From Oscillospiraceae bacterium (GTDB taxonomy: Bacteria > Bacillota > Clostridia > Oscillospirales > CAG-272): a DNA stretch of 43,903 nt. A program made the position numbers and the translations under genes. The notes under the pieces were generated by a model. It had not been told where the DNA came from. It worked only from the letters and a program-made list of their open reading frames with translations, and ran no database searches. Where the stretch lies: positions 1-43,903 of the forward strand of contig SVSZ01000004.1 in NCBI GenBank assembly GCA_015064025.1. The letters are read 5' to 3'. Shown here in pieces: positions 27,076-35,878 of this stretch (its first letter is position 1; each line of letters opens with the position of its first letter).

Positions 27076-27696
27076 TTAGCGCTGCTGCTGGAGGGTGTAG
27101 TGAACGTCGAATGCCTTCTCCTCATCCGTATACTTGCGGAGGGTGTTGATGGTCTCGCCGTTGTTCCACTTTCTGTCGCCAACGTCCTCTGTGGTACCCA
27201 TAACGGTAACGTTGAGCTGTCTGTGACGCGCGCGAACGTGGTCCCAGTCGATGAAGTAAACGTGTGCGAATTCGCCGCCGTCAAGAACACCGTCCTTGAT
27301 GGTCATCGTTTCACTTCTGCCGAAGAACACACTGCGCAGATGTCCGTCCGTGTTCATGGAGGTGTAATCACCGGGCTCGTTGACATATCTTCCGAACTGA
27401 GAGTGGATCGGACCGGGATGACGGTACTGATGCTCCTCTGCAAAATCGGGGATCATCTTTCTCATGATGTCAAGCAGATCGTGCTGGAGATATTCCAGAT
27501 CGAAGCTGTCGATGTCGTGAGAGCACTCCTGGATCATCACGGAGCAGGTGGTGTGGTGAGACGCGATGGTAACGGTACCGTTCTTGATACCGGAAGCCTG
27601 TACGATCTCAATGATTTCCTTGGAAACGTCGTGGAAGGTGGGGATCCAGCCTCTGGACTGAAGCTCCAGCTCCTTTTGAAATACCTTGAATTCCAT
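27076..27696 (-). CDS. yjbQ: YjbQ/UPF0047 family protein (extended)
   Basis: SGIKNG.V....HTTCS..IQE, Y.H, N..GHLRS...G.S....I.DG.L..G....VYF.D.D..R.R motifs. Confidence 0.82.
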   Translation of the reverse strand: MEFKVFQKELELQSRGWIPTFHDVSKEIIEIVQASGIKNGTVTIASHHTTCSVMIQECSHDIDSFDLEYLQHDLLDIMRKMIPDFAEEHQYRHPGPIHSQFGRYVNEPGDYTSMNTDGHLRSVFFGRSETMTIKDGVLDGGEFAHVYFIDWDHVRARHRQLNVTVMGTTEDVGDRKWNNGETINTLRKYTDEEKAFDVHYTLQQQR

Positions 27697-27735
27697 ATGT
27701 ATATTCTCCTGTATAGTTATTTTTGTTGGCTTCGA

Positions 27736-28710
27736 TCAATAGCCGACCTTTTCCCAGCATTCGAACGGAGCTGCAAGCTCTTCGGAAATATAGACCTGGG
27801 TCTTCTTCGTCTGGAGCATGGTGCTGGGGAGGTAAGGCGTGATAGGTCCGTGTGTGCAGAGACGGCTGGTCATTCTCTGCCAAGAGGAGAAGGTACCGCA
27901 GGTTGCCAGTGCGTGAACCTCAATTCTCTCCTTTGCACGCATCACATCGAGAGGACCGATGGTAGCAGCGCAGGGAGGAACGTTTGCAATGTCACCGGAC
28001 TGACCGAAGGTTCCGTTGAGGGAGTTCTGCATGATGGTCATGGGGTGAAGCTTTACGATCTGTGCGGGCTGGTTGAGCCACTCCTCGATATCACCGCTGC
28101 CGATGAACTCGGGAATCGGATCAACGAATGCCATGTGGCCTGCCCATCCGGGAGAGGTGGAAGCGATGTCCGCACCGGTTCCCTCGGTGATATCATCGAT
28201 GATCTTGGAATAATCCTTGATGTTGGCATTGGTCGGGAAGTGAACGTTTTCCATGGGCATACGAAGCTTCTCATCGATCTGATAGTAAAGGTACTTGATC
28301 ATGGAGTGCGCAAAGCCTGCCTCATAGGTAATGGGGGCGATGTTGCCGTCCTGATCTGCCCACTCATCCTCTGCAACAAGGTGAACCTTGGAGCAGTCAA
28401 CCTTGAAGTAGTTGATCAGCTGTGCCAGAGGAATGTAGGTATCGGGCTCGGGGTTACCGAGGATCATTGTGAAGCTCTTGCCTGCCTCGCTTGCTGCCTT
28501 GAGGCGTGTGAAGAGGGTGGAAATGAGAACGGGGTGGGGATTCATCATCACCTTGACCTCGAATTCGGGGTGCCACCAAGCTTCTCTCTTCTCCAGGTCC
28601 TTGCCGCTCAGACTGCGGACGTACTCGCACACCTTCTTGTCCTTGAAGGGCACGAACTCGTGAGGCTGGAAGTCAAACTTCGTTGCGGGATCGGTAATAA
28701 AGTTGCTCAT
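27736..28710 (-). CDS. Divergent glucosamine-6-phosphate deaminase/isomerase (NagB)-like protein
   Basis: VHLVAEDEW (cf. TFNMDEY), NVHFP, GADI...PGWAGHMAFVDP (cf. GIG.NGHIAFNEP), A.TIG...M.AK and GPIT...P.T.LQ. Confidence 0.75.
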   Translation of the reverse strand: MSNFITDPATKFDFQPHEFVPFKDKKVCEYVRSLSGKDLEKREAWWHPEFEVKVMMNPHPVLISTLFTRLKAASEAGKSFTMILGNPEPDTYIPLAQLINYFKVDCSKVHLVAEDEWADQDGNIAPITYEAGFAHSMIKYLYYQIDEKLRMPMENVHFPTNANIKDYSKIIDDITEGTGADIASTSPGWAGHMAFVDPIPEFIGSGDIEEWLNQPAQIVKLHPMTIMQNSLNGTFGQSGDIANVPPCAATIGPLDVMRAKERIEVHALATCGTFSSWQRMTSRLCTHGPITPYLPSTMLQTKKTQVYISEELAAPFECWEKVGY

Positions 28711-28750
28711 GTTTGTCTCCTTTGTTTATATATTTTTTAATAATTTAAAA

Positions 28751-29350
28751 TCAGTTGAAGATCATCTCACCAAAGCACTCGGGACGGTGAAATTTAAATG
28801 GCTCGCCCACGATCGGACTCCACGCCCGGTAGTGCGGAGGCTCGGAAAAGTCGGCACATTTATAGCAATTTGCGCGCATCCGCTTGCCGGCATATACCGA
28901 AAACGAGGGGAAGAAGCGGCGAATGAAGGCAAAGGGTACGCGATAGGTGATCTCCCACCTTCCCTCCTCCTTTTGTATGACGTAGGAAAAGGGATCGACA
29001 CCGTCGCCCGGCAAAATCCTTACGAGATCCGCAATGCCACTTCCAAAGCCGAGATACATGCACCCGTTTGAGTTGAATTCAATGTTGAAGTAGCGGGGAT
29101 CTCCCTCCTCCGGACAGAAGAAAAACTCAAGGCAGCTGTCCTCACACGGGCTTCCCAAGGGGCCCGTTTCCACGGCGCGGATCACGCGCTCCACGGTGGA
29201 AAGATGTACAAGGATCGCTTCGTCATCATAAGAGATCTGTGCATACGCCTTGATCTCCTCCGGAGTATCAAAATACTTATGATCGATCTCAAGCGTGGGA
29301 ATCGCCTCCCAGCCCGCATCTGTCATTTTCAGAATATCATACGTTCTCAT
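28751..29350 (-). CDS. CBM9-like (DOMON-like) carbohydrate-binding protein
   Basis: YDDEA..V, EDSCLEFFF.P, YFNIEFN.NG, W.I.YRVPF, RANCYKC.D and FH.PE.FG.M.F motifs. Confidence 0.82.
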   Translation of the reverse strand: MRTYDILKMTDAGWEAIPTLEIDHKYFDTPEEIKAYAQISYDDEAILVHLSTVERVIRAVETGPLGSPCEDSCLEFFFCPEEGDPRYFNIEFNSNGCMYLGFGSGIADLVRILPGDGVDPFSYVIQKEEGRWEITYRVPFAFIRRFFPSFSVYAGKRMRANCYKCADFSEPPHYRAWSPIVGEPFKFHRPECFGEMIFN

Positions 29351-30489
29351 ACAACCGCTTCCCCGTTCATGATCACCTTACTGACCTTCATCCTGTGGTC
29401 AACAAAAACAAGATCCGCGCGCTTTCCTACAGCAATCTCACCGCGGTCAAGAAGACCTGTTGCACGGGAAGGATTGTAGGAGGCAAATTTGAAGACATCC
29501 ACCACGGACGCGCCCGTATGCTTGATCATGTTGCGACAAGCAATATCCAGTGTCAGCTTGGAGCCTGCGATCTCACCCGCGTGGTCGAAGTTGATATCAT
29601 CCACACCCTCATATCCCGGAGGAATTGGTCCGTCACACGCATATGCATCGGAGATCAGAATGATGCGATCGTCTCCCTTGATCCGTCTGACAAGGCGGAG
29701 CATGTAGGGATCTACGTGGATTCCGCGACTGTCACAGATCAGCTCCGCATAAATTTCGTGGTTGTAGTTGACCGTCTCGTCCACACACACACCGCGACAC
29801 TCGGGGTATTTTACACGGTCACCCGTCGCGTTGGTATGATGAGTACCGATCTTAAGTCCGTAGGGGATCAGCGCCTCGATCTCGGAAGGAGCCGCCTCAC
29901 TGTGCGCTACGGAGAATACTGCCTGCGGATTTTTCTCTCTGACAGCATCGACAAATTCCTTGATATTTTCTCTCTCGGGAGCCAGTGCCCAGACGCGTGC
30001 AAGATCCCACGCCTCCTCGACGATGGGCATATAACGCTCGCTGCAAACGGGGCCCTGCCAGGGATTGGACTCACGCTCACATCCGAACTTCGGATTGAGG
30101 TAGGGCCCCTCCATGTAAAGACCGCCGATATTCGCGCATTCCTTCTTTTTCATCGCCTTGCGCAAAAGCCGGATCTTTTCCACGTACATCTCTGTATTCA
30201 TGTTAAAATACAGTGCCGGGAAAAGCGTTGTCGTACCGTGCTTCAAGTGATGAAGGCAGGCAGACTCCGGCTCGTCCTGCAAAAACACCTTTCCGTCGGA
30301 ATGCGTATGAATGTCCACAAAGCCGGGACCGACGTACAGCCCTTCGGCATCGATCACCTCGCAATCCTTCGGTACGGGAAGAAATCTTTCCTCGTCAAAG
30401 GCAACGATTTTTCCGTTCTCAACAAGGAGCGTTGCGTCGGGAATAAAGTGATCCCTCATCACAAGGACCGCATTTTTAATAGCTAACAT
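29347..30489 (-). CDS. nagA: N-acetylglucosamine-6-phosphate deacetylase-like amidohydrolase
   Basis: PGFVDIHTH, HGTTT..P, MEGPYL, LAPE, AHSEA, THHTNA, GIHV, LISDA, IAGS.L, NP and GKRADLV; start ATG 30489 after AGGAGG. Confidence 0.82.
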   Translation of the reverse strand: MLAIKNAVLVMRDHFIPDATLLVENGKIVAFDEERFLPVPKDCEVIDAEGLYVGPGFVDIHTHSDGKVFLQDEPESACLHHLKHGTTTLFPALYFNMNTEMYVEKIRLLRKAMKKKECANIGGLYMEGPYLNPKFGCERESNPWQGPVCSERYMPIVEEAWDLARVWALAPERENIKEFVDAVREKNPQAVFSVAHSEAAPSEIEALIPYGLKIGTHHTNATGDRVKYPECRGVCVDETVNYNHEIYAELICDSRGIHVDPYMLRLVRRIKGDDRIILISDAYACDGPIPPGYEGVDDINFDHAGEIAGSKLTLDIACRNMIKHTGASVVDVFKFASYNPSRATGLLDRGEIAVGKRADLVFVDHRMKVSKVIMNGEAVV

Positions 30490-30528
30490 AAGTTCCCCTC
30501 CTTTTTCGGATATCACAGGTATATCACC

Positions 30529-30557
30529 ATTATACAAAAGCAGAGCGTGCTTGTCAA
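30529..30557 (-). promoter_or_regulatory. Proximal sigma-A promoter of the nagA-like operon
   Basis: TTGACA - 17 bp - TATAAT, perfect consensus. Confidence 0.78.
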
Positions 30558-30615
30558 TACAAAATACCGCTTTTTATCTTCAAAATACAATGCGTCATTC
30601 CAAAGCACCCCTATC

Positions 30616-30644
30616 ATTATATACCATTTTTTATCCGCTGTCAA
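30616..30644 (-). promoter_or_regulatory. Distal sigma-A promoter
   Basis: A second perfect TTGACA - 17 bp - TATAAT, 87 bp upstream of the first. Confidence 0.7.
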
Positions 30645-30728
30645 GAATCACGGTTGCGAAATTGTTTCGCTTTTCCCACAGTGTTTTCCGAAGCTTGCGC
30701 GTATATTTTTTTCTTTTGTCTTTTTCGG

Positions 30729-30757
30729 TTGAAATTATCCTGCAAATGTGCTATAAT
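30729..30757 (+). promoter_or_regulatory. Sigma-A promoter of the Fe-S/ABC operon
   Basis: TTGAAA - 17 bp - TATAAT with extended TG. Confidence 0.72.
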
Positions 30758-30798
30758 AGGCTCATAGCGAACATTACATACACAAAGGAGACAGCAGT

Positions 30799-31731
30799 AT
30801 GGAACAGAAAACCGTCATTCCGAGTGCCGAGGACATCGCCCGTGTCAAGGGGCTTGGCTTTTTAAGAGATAAGACCACACCCGATGCCTTTAATGCGCGT
30901 GTGATCACAAAAAACGGAAAGGTGTCTGCCGCAACGCTTGAGACCGTTGCCGAGGCAGCAAGAAGATTTGGAAGCGGAGAGGTCGCACTTACCACGCGTA
31001 TGACCTTTGAGGTTCAGCGGATCCCCTATGCCAATATCGATGCCTTTTGCGCCTTCCTTGAAGCGCACGGTATGGAGACGGGCGGTACAGGTCCCCGTGT
31101 GCGCCCCATCGTATCCTGCAAGGGAACGACCTGCCAGTACGGCTTGATCGATACCTTCTCGCTTTCCGAAAAGATCCATGAGCGCTTTTACAAGGGCTAT
31201 CATTCCGTAAAGCTTCCTCACAAGTTCAAGATCGCAGTGGGCGGCTGTCCCAACAACTGCGTTAAGCCCGATCTCAACGACATCGGTATCATCGGCGCAC
31301 GCATCCCCTCTGTCGATGCGGAGAAATGCCACGGATGCAAAATCTGCTCGATCGAGAAAGCCTGCCCGATCAAAACACCCTGTCTTGAGAACGGCAAGAT
31401 CACCATTGACAGCTCTCGCTGTAACCGTTGCGGCAGATGCATTGGAAAGTGTCCCTTCGGTGCCGTCACTGAGGAAACGGTCGGCTACCGACTCTACATC
31501 GGGGGACGTTGGGGTAAGCAAGTCGCCCGCGGCAGAGCACTCTCCATCCTTTGCACAAGCGAGGAAGAGATCCTATCCCTCGTTGAAAAATGCATCCTTC
31601 TGTTCCGCGATAAAGGACTTTCCGGGGAACGCTTTGCAGACACTGTCACCCGTCTGAGCTTTGAACGAGTCGAGGAGCTTCTGCGCAGCGACGACCTTCT
31701 TGCACGCAAGCAGGAAATTTTAGCGGATTGA
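30799..31731 (+). CDS. Sulfite/nitrite-reductase-like (AsrC-like) 4Fe-4S protein
   Basis: A.RFG.G...LTTR..FE, TG..VRPIVSCKGTTC, LPHKFKIAVGGCPNNC.K...NDIG, inserted ferredoxin (CHGCKIC.....CP; CNRCGRC...CP), IGGR.G and ERFAD. Confidence 0.85.
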   Translation: MEQKTVIPSAEDIARVKGLGFLRDKTTPDAFNARVITKNGKVSAATLETVAEAARRFGSGEVALTTRMTFEVQRIPYANIDAFCAFLEAHGMETGGTGPRVRPIVSCKGTTCQYGLIDTFSLSEKIHERFYKGYHSVKLPHKFKIAVGGCPNNCVKPDLNDIGIIGARIPSVDAEKCHGCKICSIEKACPIKTPCLENGKITIDSSRCNRCGRCIGKCPFGAVTEETVGYRLYIGGRWGKQVARGRALSILCTSEEEILSLVEKCILLFRDKGLSGERFADTVTRLSFERVEELLRSDDLLARKQEILAD

Positions 31732-31733
31732 GC

Positions 31734-32696
31734 ATGCGTATGACACACCGCTGCGGTCGCGCGCTCGCGCTTCTTCTGCTCTCTCTTTGCTTTCTTCCAC
31801 AGCTCTTTTCCTGCGTCCCCGCGTGGGACACGGGCGTTCCTGCCCCTTATATCACCTTTGCGGATGACGCAGGCGTTACAGTTTCTCTCCCGCAAAAGCC
31901 TCAGCGCGTAGCCGTCCTCTTTTCCTCCTTCGCGGACATATGGAAAAGCGCGGGAGGTACGGTAGCGATCACCGTGGGAGAAAGCGTTGAGCGCGGCTTT
32001 GCAGCGAGCGACGCGATCCTTGTGGACGGCGGTGCCGGAAAAACGATCAACACCGAGCTTTTGATTGCCGAGGCACCGGACCTTGTGATCTGCTCCGCCG
32101 ATATCGAGGCACAGGCAGAGACGGCAAGGCTTCTTGTCGACAACGGTATTCCCGCAGCGTGCTTCCGTGTGGAATCCTTCGAGGATTATTTGCGTGTTCT
32201 CAAGATCTGCACGGACGTCACACAGCGCCCCGACCTCTATGAAAAAAACGGCGTACGGGTCAAGGAACGGATCGATTCACTGCTGGATGCCGTGAAAGAG
32301 AAAAAGGAAACGGAACGGTTCCTCTTTGTCCGCGCCTCCGCGACCTCCGTAAAAGCCAAATCCTCACAGGATCATTTCGCCTCCGCAATGCTCTCGGAGC
32401 TTGGCGCTGTCAATCTTGCAGACAAGCTTCCCATTCTGATTGACGGGCTCAGCGGTGAGATCATTCTGCAGGAGAACCCCACCCACGTGTTCGTGTCCGT
32501 CATGGGGAACGAGGAGAGCGCTAAGGCTCGCCTTGACTCGGACACCGTGCTTTCCTCCCTTGATGCCGTCAAGGAGGGGCGCTGTCATATTCTTCCGAAG
32601 GATCTCTTCCAATACAAGCCGAATTCCCGTTGGGACGAGGCGTATCTTTATTTGATCAAGCTGTTATATGAAGATTTTGAAGCGACGATTTCATAA
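31734..32696 (+). CDS. ABC substrate-binding lipoprotein, iron-siderophore/heme/cobalamin (class III) family
   Basis: Signal peptide with LFSC lipobox, F.DD.G..V.LP.KP.RV, N.E.L....PDLVI and L.AVK.GR motifs; start +/- 2 codons. Confidence 0.87.
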   Translation: MRMTHRCGRALALLLLSLCFLPQLFSCVPAWDTGVPAPYITFADDAGVTVSLPQKPQRVAVLFSSFADIWKSAGGTVAITVGESVERGFAASDAILVDGGAGKTINTELLIAEAPDLVICSADIEAQAETARLLVDNGIPAACFRVESFEDYLRVLKICTDVTQRPDLYEKNGVRVKERIDSLLDAVKEKKETERFLFVRASATSVKAKSSQDHFASAMLSELGAVNLADKLPILIDGLSGEIILQENPTHVFVSVMGNEESAKARLDSDTVLSSLDAVKEGRCHILPKDLFQYKPNSRWDEAYLYLIKLLYEDFEATIS

Positions 32697-33675
32697 ATTA
32701 CCATACCCCGCAGTGCTATCGGTGCTGACGGGGCTTTTGGTGCTTTTCTTTCTCCTTTCTCTCTTCTGCGGTGCCGCCGCACTCTCACCCTCCGAGGTGC
32801 TCAAAGCGCTCTTCGGCACCGACGAGAGCACTGTAAGCATCATCGTCTCAGGGCTTCGCTTGCCGCGTGCGCTTGCAGGCCTTCTGGCAGGAATCGGGCT
32901 GTCAGTCTCCGGCGTGCTTTTACAAAGCGTTACGGGAAATGCGCTGGCAAGCCCCAACGTCATCGGTGTCAATTCGGGAGCGGGGCTTGCCGTGATCCTT
33001 CTGCTCGTCTTTTTTCCCGCATTACTCCCTGCCCTTCCTCTCTTTGCCTTTCTCGGTGCCTTTGCTGCGACACTGATCATCGTGCATCTGGCGCGACGCT
33101 TCGGCGGTACGAGTACTACGGTCGTGCTTGCGGGCGTGGCGCTGACCTCGGTCATCAACGCAACGATCTCCTTTATTACACTCCTGGATACAGACGCGGT
33201 CTCGTCATACAACTACTTTTCCATCGGCGGACTTGCGGGAATACAGCTGTCGGAGCTGGTCCTGCCCACAGTTCTGATCCTTCTTTCTTTTCTTGTCTCC
33301 CTGCTGCTTTCCCGTCCGCTTGAGACACTTCGCCTGGGTGACAGTACAGCAAAAGCGCTCGGCGTGAGGGTAACAGCCTTGCGCACTCTGGCACTGATCT
33401 GTGCCTCTGCCTCCGCTGCCGCCGCAGTCAGCTTTGCGGGACTCCTCGGCTTCGTTGGTCTTGTCGTGCCGCACGTGGCACGGGGGCTTGTCGGAGGTCG
33501 CATTTCCCGTCTTCTCCCCTCCTCCGCACTGCTCGGCGGCATCCTCGTTCTCAGCTCGGATCTTTTGGGAAGAACACTTCTTTCCCCCACAGAGATCCCC
33601 GTCGGAATCCTGATGGCGTTGCTGGGTGCCCCCTTCTTCCTTTATCTCTTGACAAGGAGGCGTTATCATGCTTGA
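32668..33675 (+). CDS. FecCD/BtuC family ABC permease
   Basis: LRLPR....L.G..L.VSG..LQ.V..N.LASP..IGV..GA, LG...A.ALGV, GFVGLVVPH and EIPVG...A..GAPFF. Confidence 0.93.
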   Translation: MKILKRRFHKLPYPAVLSVLTGLLVLFFLLSLFCGAAALSPSEVLKALFGTDESTVSIIVSGLRLPRALAGLLAGIGLSVSGVLLQSVTGNALASPNVIGVNSGAGLAVILLLVFFPALLPALPLFAFLGAFAATLIIVHLARRFGGTSTTVVLAGVALTSVINATISFITLLDTDAVSSYNYFSIGGLAGIQLSELVLPTVLILLSFLVSLLLSRPLETLRLGDSTAKALGVRVTALRTLALICASASAAAAVSFAGLLGFVGLVVPHVARGLVGGRISRLLPSSALLGGILVLSSDLLGRTLLSPTEIPVGILMALLGAPFFLYLLTRRRYHA

Positions 33676-34417
33676 GTTTTTGCACACAGATGTCATCCGT
33701 GCCTCCCACATGGTGCTCTCTGACATCACGTTTAGCCTGCCTCCCAAAACACTTACCGCATTGATTGGAAAAAACGGATGCGGAAAATCCACACTGATCT
33801 CGGCGGTCATGGGCGACACCTCCTACACGGGGAGCATCCGTCTTTTGAGTGAGGAGCTTTCAAGCCTCTCGGCACGCGCGCGCGCACAGAGAGCTGCCAT
33901 TCTTCCGCAAACGCTCGCCGCCCCTCACATGACCGTGCGTGAGCTCGTCTTTTTGGGAAGAAGTCCACATCTTTCTCCTCTTTCCCGTGCATCAAAGAAA
34001 GACACGGACGCCGTAGAGCAAGCACTCGCGGACGTGGGCATTTGCGCGCTGCGGGACAGATATCTTGACGAGCTTTCGGGCGGTGAGCGGCAGAAGGCAT
34101 ACCTTGCCATGATCGTGGCACAAGGCACACCGCTCCTTATTCTGGATGAACCGACCACGTACATGGATCTTGCCTTTTCACATCACTTCATGAAAAGCCT
34201 TGTCGCATGGAAGGAGGCGCACGAAAAAACGCTTCTGATTGCCATGCACGACTTGAATCTTGCCGTCCGCTATGCGGATCGGCTCCTTCTTCTTGACGCG
34301 GGAAAGCAGATCTTTTACGGCTCCGTGAAAGATTGTCTTGAAACGAACGTTATCGAGCGGACCTTCGCTCTTGAACGCATCAACGCAGACGGAAACGTTT
34401 TCTTTATAGGATCATAA
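33668..34417 (+). CDS. FecE/BtuD-like ABC ATP-binding protein
   Basis: GKNGCGKST, LSGGERQK, LDEPTT.MD and HDLNLA.RYAD motifs. Confidence 0.93.
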   Translation: MLEFLHTDVIRASHMVLSDITFSLPPKTLTALIGKNGCGKSTLISAVMGDTSYTGSIRLLSEELSSLSARARAQRAAILPQTLAAPHMTVRELVFLGRSPHLSPLSRASKKDTDAVEQALADVGICALRDRYLDELSGGERQKAYLAMIVAQGTPLLILDEPTTYMDLAFSHHFMKSLVAWKEAHEKTLLIAMHDLNLAVRYADRLLLLDAGKQIFYGSVKDCLETNVIERTFALERINADGNVFFIGS

Positions 34418-34466
34418 AAAACTCCTTGCTATGGGGCGTGCCCCATAGCAAGGAGTTTTTTATGAT
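34411..34466. terminator. Bidirectional terminator: 27-bp perfect arms, 2-nt spacer
   Basis: ATCATAAAAAACTCCTTGCTATGGGGC-GT-GCCCCATAGCAAGGAGTTTTTTATGAT. Confidence 0.85.
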
Positions 34467-35878
34467 GTTACGTTTGCTTGGAGGCTCAGCGGATTCCACC
34501 GTCCGCTGAGGTAGTAAAAGGAAAACATACAAAACATTGCAAGATTATGCGCGATCATACACGCCCATGCCGCAATCAACCCCATATCGAGCATTTGCGT
34601 GCAGACAAAGGTTCCCACAATGCGGATCGCCCACATTCCAAAGAGATTGCAGACAAGGGGCATCACAGTACGTCCCATGCCCTGCATCATTCCCTCCACT
34701 ACAATGGAAACGCCGTAAAACGGCTCGGAGAGTGCCACCATGCGAAGCACGGCGCTCCCAAGTAGGATCACCTGCGCATCGCCGGAAAACAGCTTCATCA
34801 TCCCGGGGGCTAAAAGGAAGAGAAGCCCGCCCGACAGGATCATCAAAAGCACCTCAAGAAATAGGATCAACCTTCCAAGCCCCACAAGCCGTTCCCGATC
34901 CTTGGCACCGTACGCGTTCCCCGCAAGAGTCGCCGCAGCAGTCTGCATACCGTAGCCGGGAATATAAAAGGCGGATTCCACCGTGTTGGCAATGGTATGC
35001 GCCGCCGTAGCGATTCCCCCCAGGGAATTGACCATCGCCGCAAAGACCACATACCCCAAGCAAGTACCAAAGCGCTGCGCCGCGTTGGGGAGCGCCACTC
35101 GGAAGCAGGCGGAGAGAATCGTGCGGTCGGGACAAAAGGAGCATCCAACGGGGGAGAGCGCAGGATGGCGAAAAACCGCCACCGTAATGGCAATACCGCC
35201 CACCGTGTACGCGATCGCGCTGGCAATCGCCGCACCGATGACACCAAGCCCCGCTCCCGGCATTGTGAAGTGAAATGAGAAAACGGAAATCTCGCGTGTG
35301 GGGTAAATCATCAGAAAATTGAGGATCACGTTGATCACGTTCACAATCAGCCCGACAAGCATCGGGGTTTTGGTATCCCCCGCTGCCCGCAGAACCGTTC
35401 CCAGAATTCCGCTTGCGGTACGCGCCAGCATCGGCAGATAAAGGATAAAAAAGTATTGTGAAGCAATCGGACGGATGTGCTCCTCCGCCTGCATCCACGT
35501 GGGGATCACACCGCTCAAAGACAAGGCAAGCACCGTGAAAAAGCCCCCTACCGCCAAGACAGCCAGCATCGCCTGTGCGGTTGCTCTTCGGGAGGCGTTC
35601 ACGTCTCCCGCGCCGTTTGCACGCGCAATATAGGAAAGGAAGCCCACACCGATGGCTGAAACTGTACTGAAGATCAGCCAGTTGACCGTGGTAGTTGCCC
35701 CCACCGCTGCCACCGCGTCGGTTCCGAGCGTACCGACCATCGCGGTGTCGATGTATTGCACCGCCGTTTGTAAAAGCTGCTCCAGCATCGTAGGCCAGGC
35801 AAGCCCCAGGATCACGGGAAGAAGCCCCCACGGGATCTTTTTTTTCGTTTTGTCCACCGCATTACAAGATGTTGCCAC
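34460..35878 (-). CDS. MATE family efflux transporter
   Basis: LAWP...EQ.L...V..IDTAMVG.LG..A.AAVG, LRAAGDTKTPM and LGV.GAA.A; GTG start after AAGGAG (start uncertain). Confidence 0.9.
   Translation of the reverse strand: MATSCNAVDKTKKKIPWGLLPVILGLAWPTMLEQLLQTAVQYIDTAMVGTLGTDAVAAVGATTTVNWLIFSTVSAIGVGFLSYIARANGAGDVNASRRATAQAMLAVLAVGGFFTVLALSLSGVIPTWMQAEEHIRPIASQYFFILYLPMLARTASGILGTVLRAAGDTKTPMLVGLIVNVINVILNFLMIYPTREISVFSFHFTMPGAGLGVIGAAIASAIAYTVGGIAITVAVFRHPALSPVGCSFCPDRTILSACFRVALPNAAQRFGTCLGYVVFAAMVNSLGGIATAAHTIANTVESAFYIPGYGMQTAAATLAGNAYGAKDRERLVGLGRLILFLEVLLMILSGGLLFLLAPGMMKLFSGDAQVILLGSAVLRMVALSEPFYGVSIVVEGMMQGMGRTVMPLVCNLFGMWAIRIVGTFVCTQMLDMGLIAAWACMIAHNLAMFCMFSFYYLSGRWNPLSLQANVTS

Noticed and set aside
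27100-28740. 546-aa plus-strand ORF spanning two genes
   Set aside because: Antisense shadow of the strongly codon-biased NagB-like and YjbQ genes; the sequence is not protein-like.
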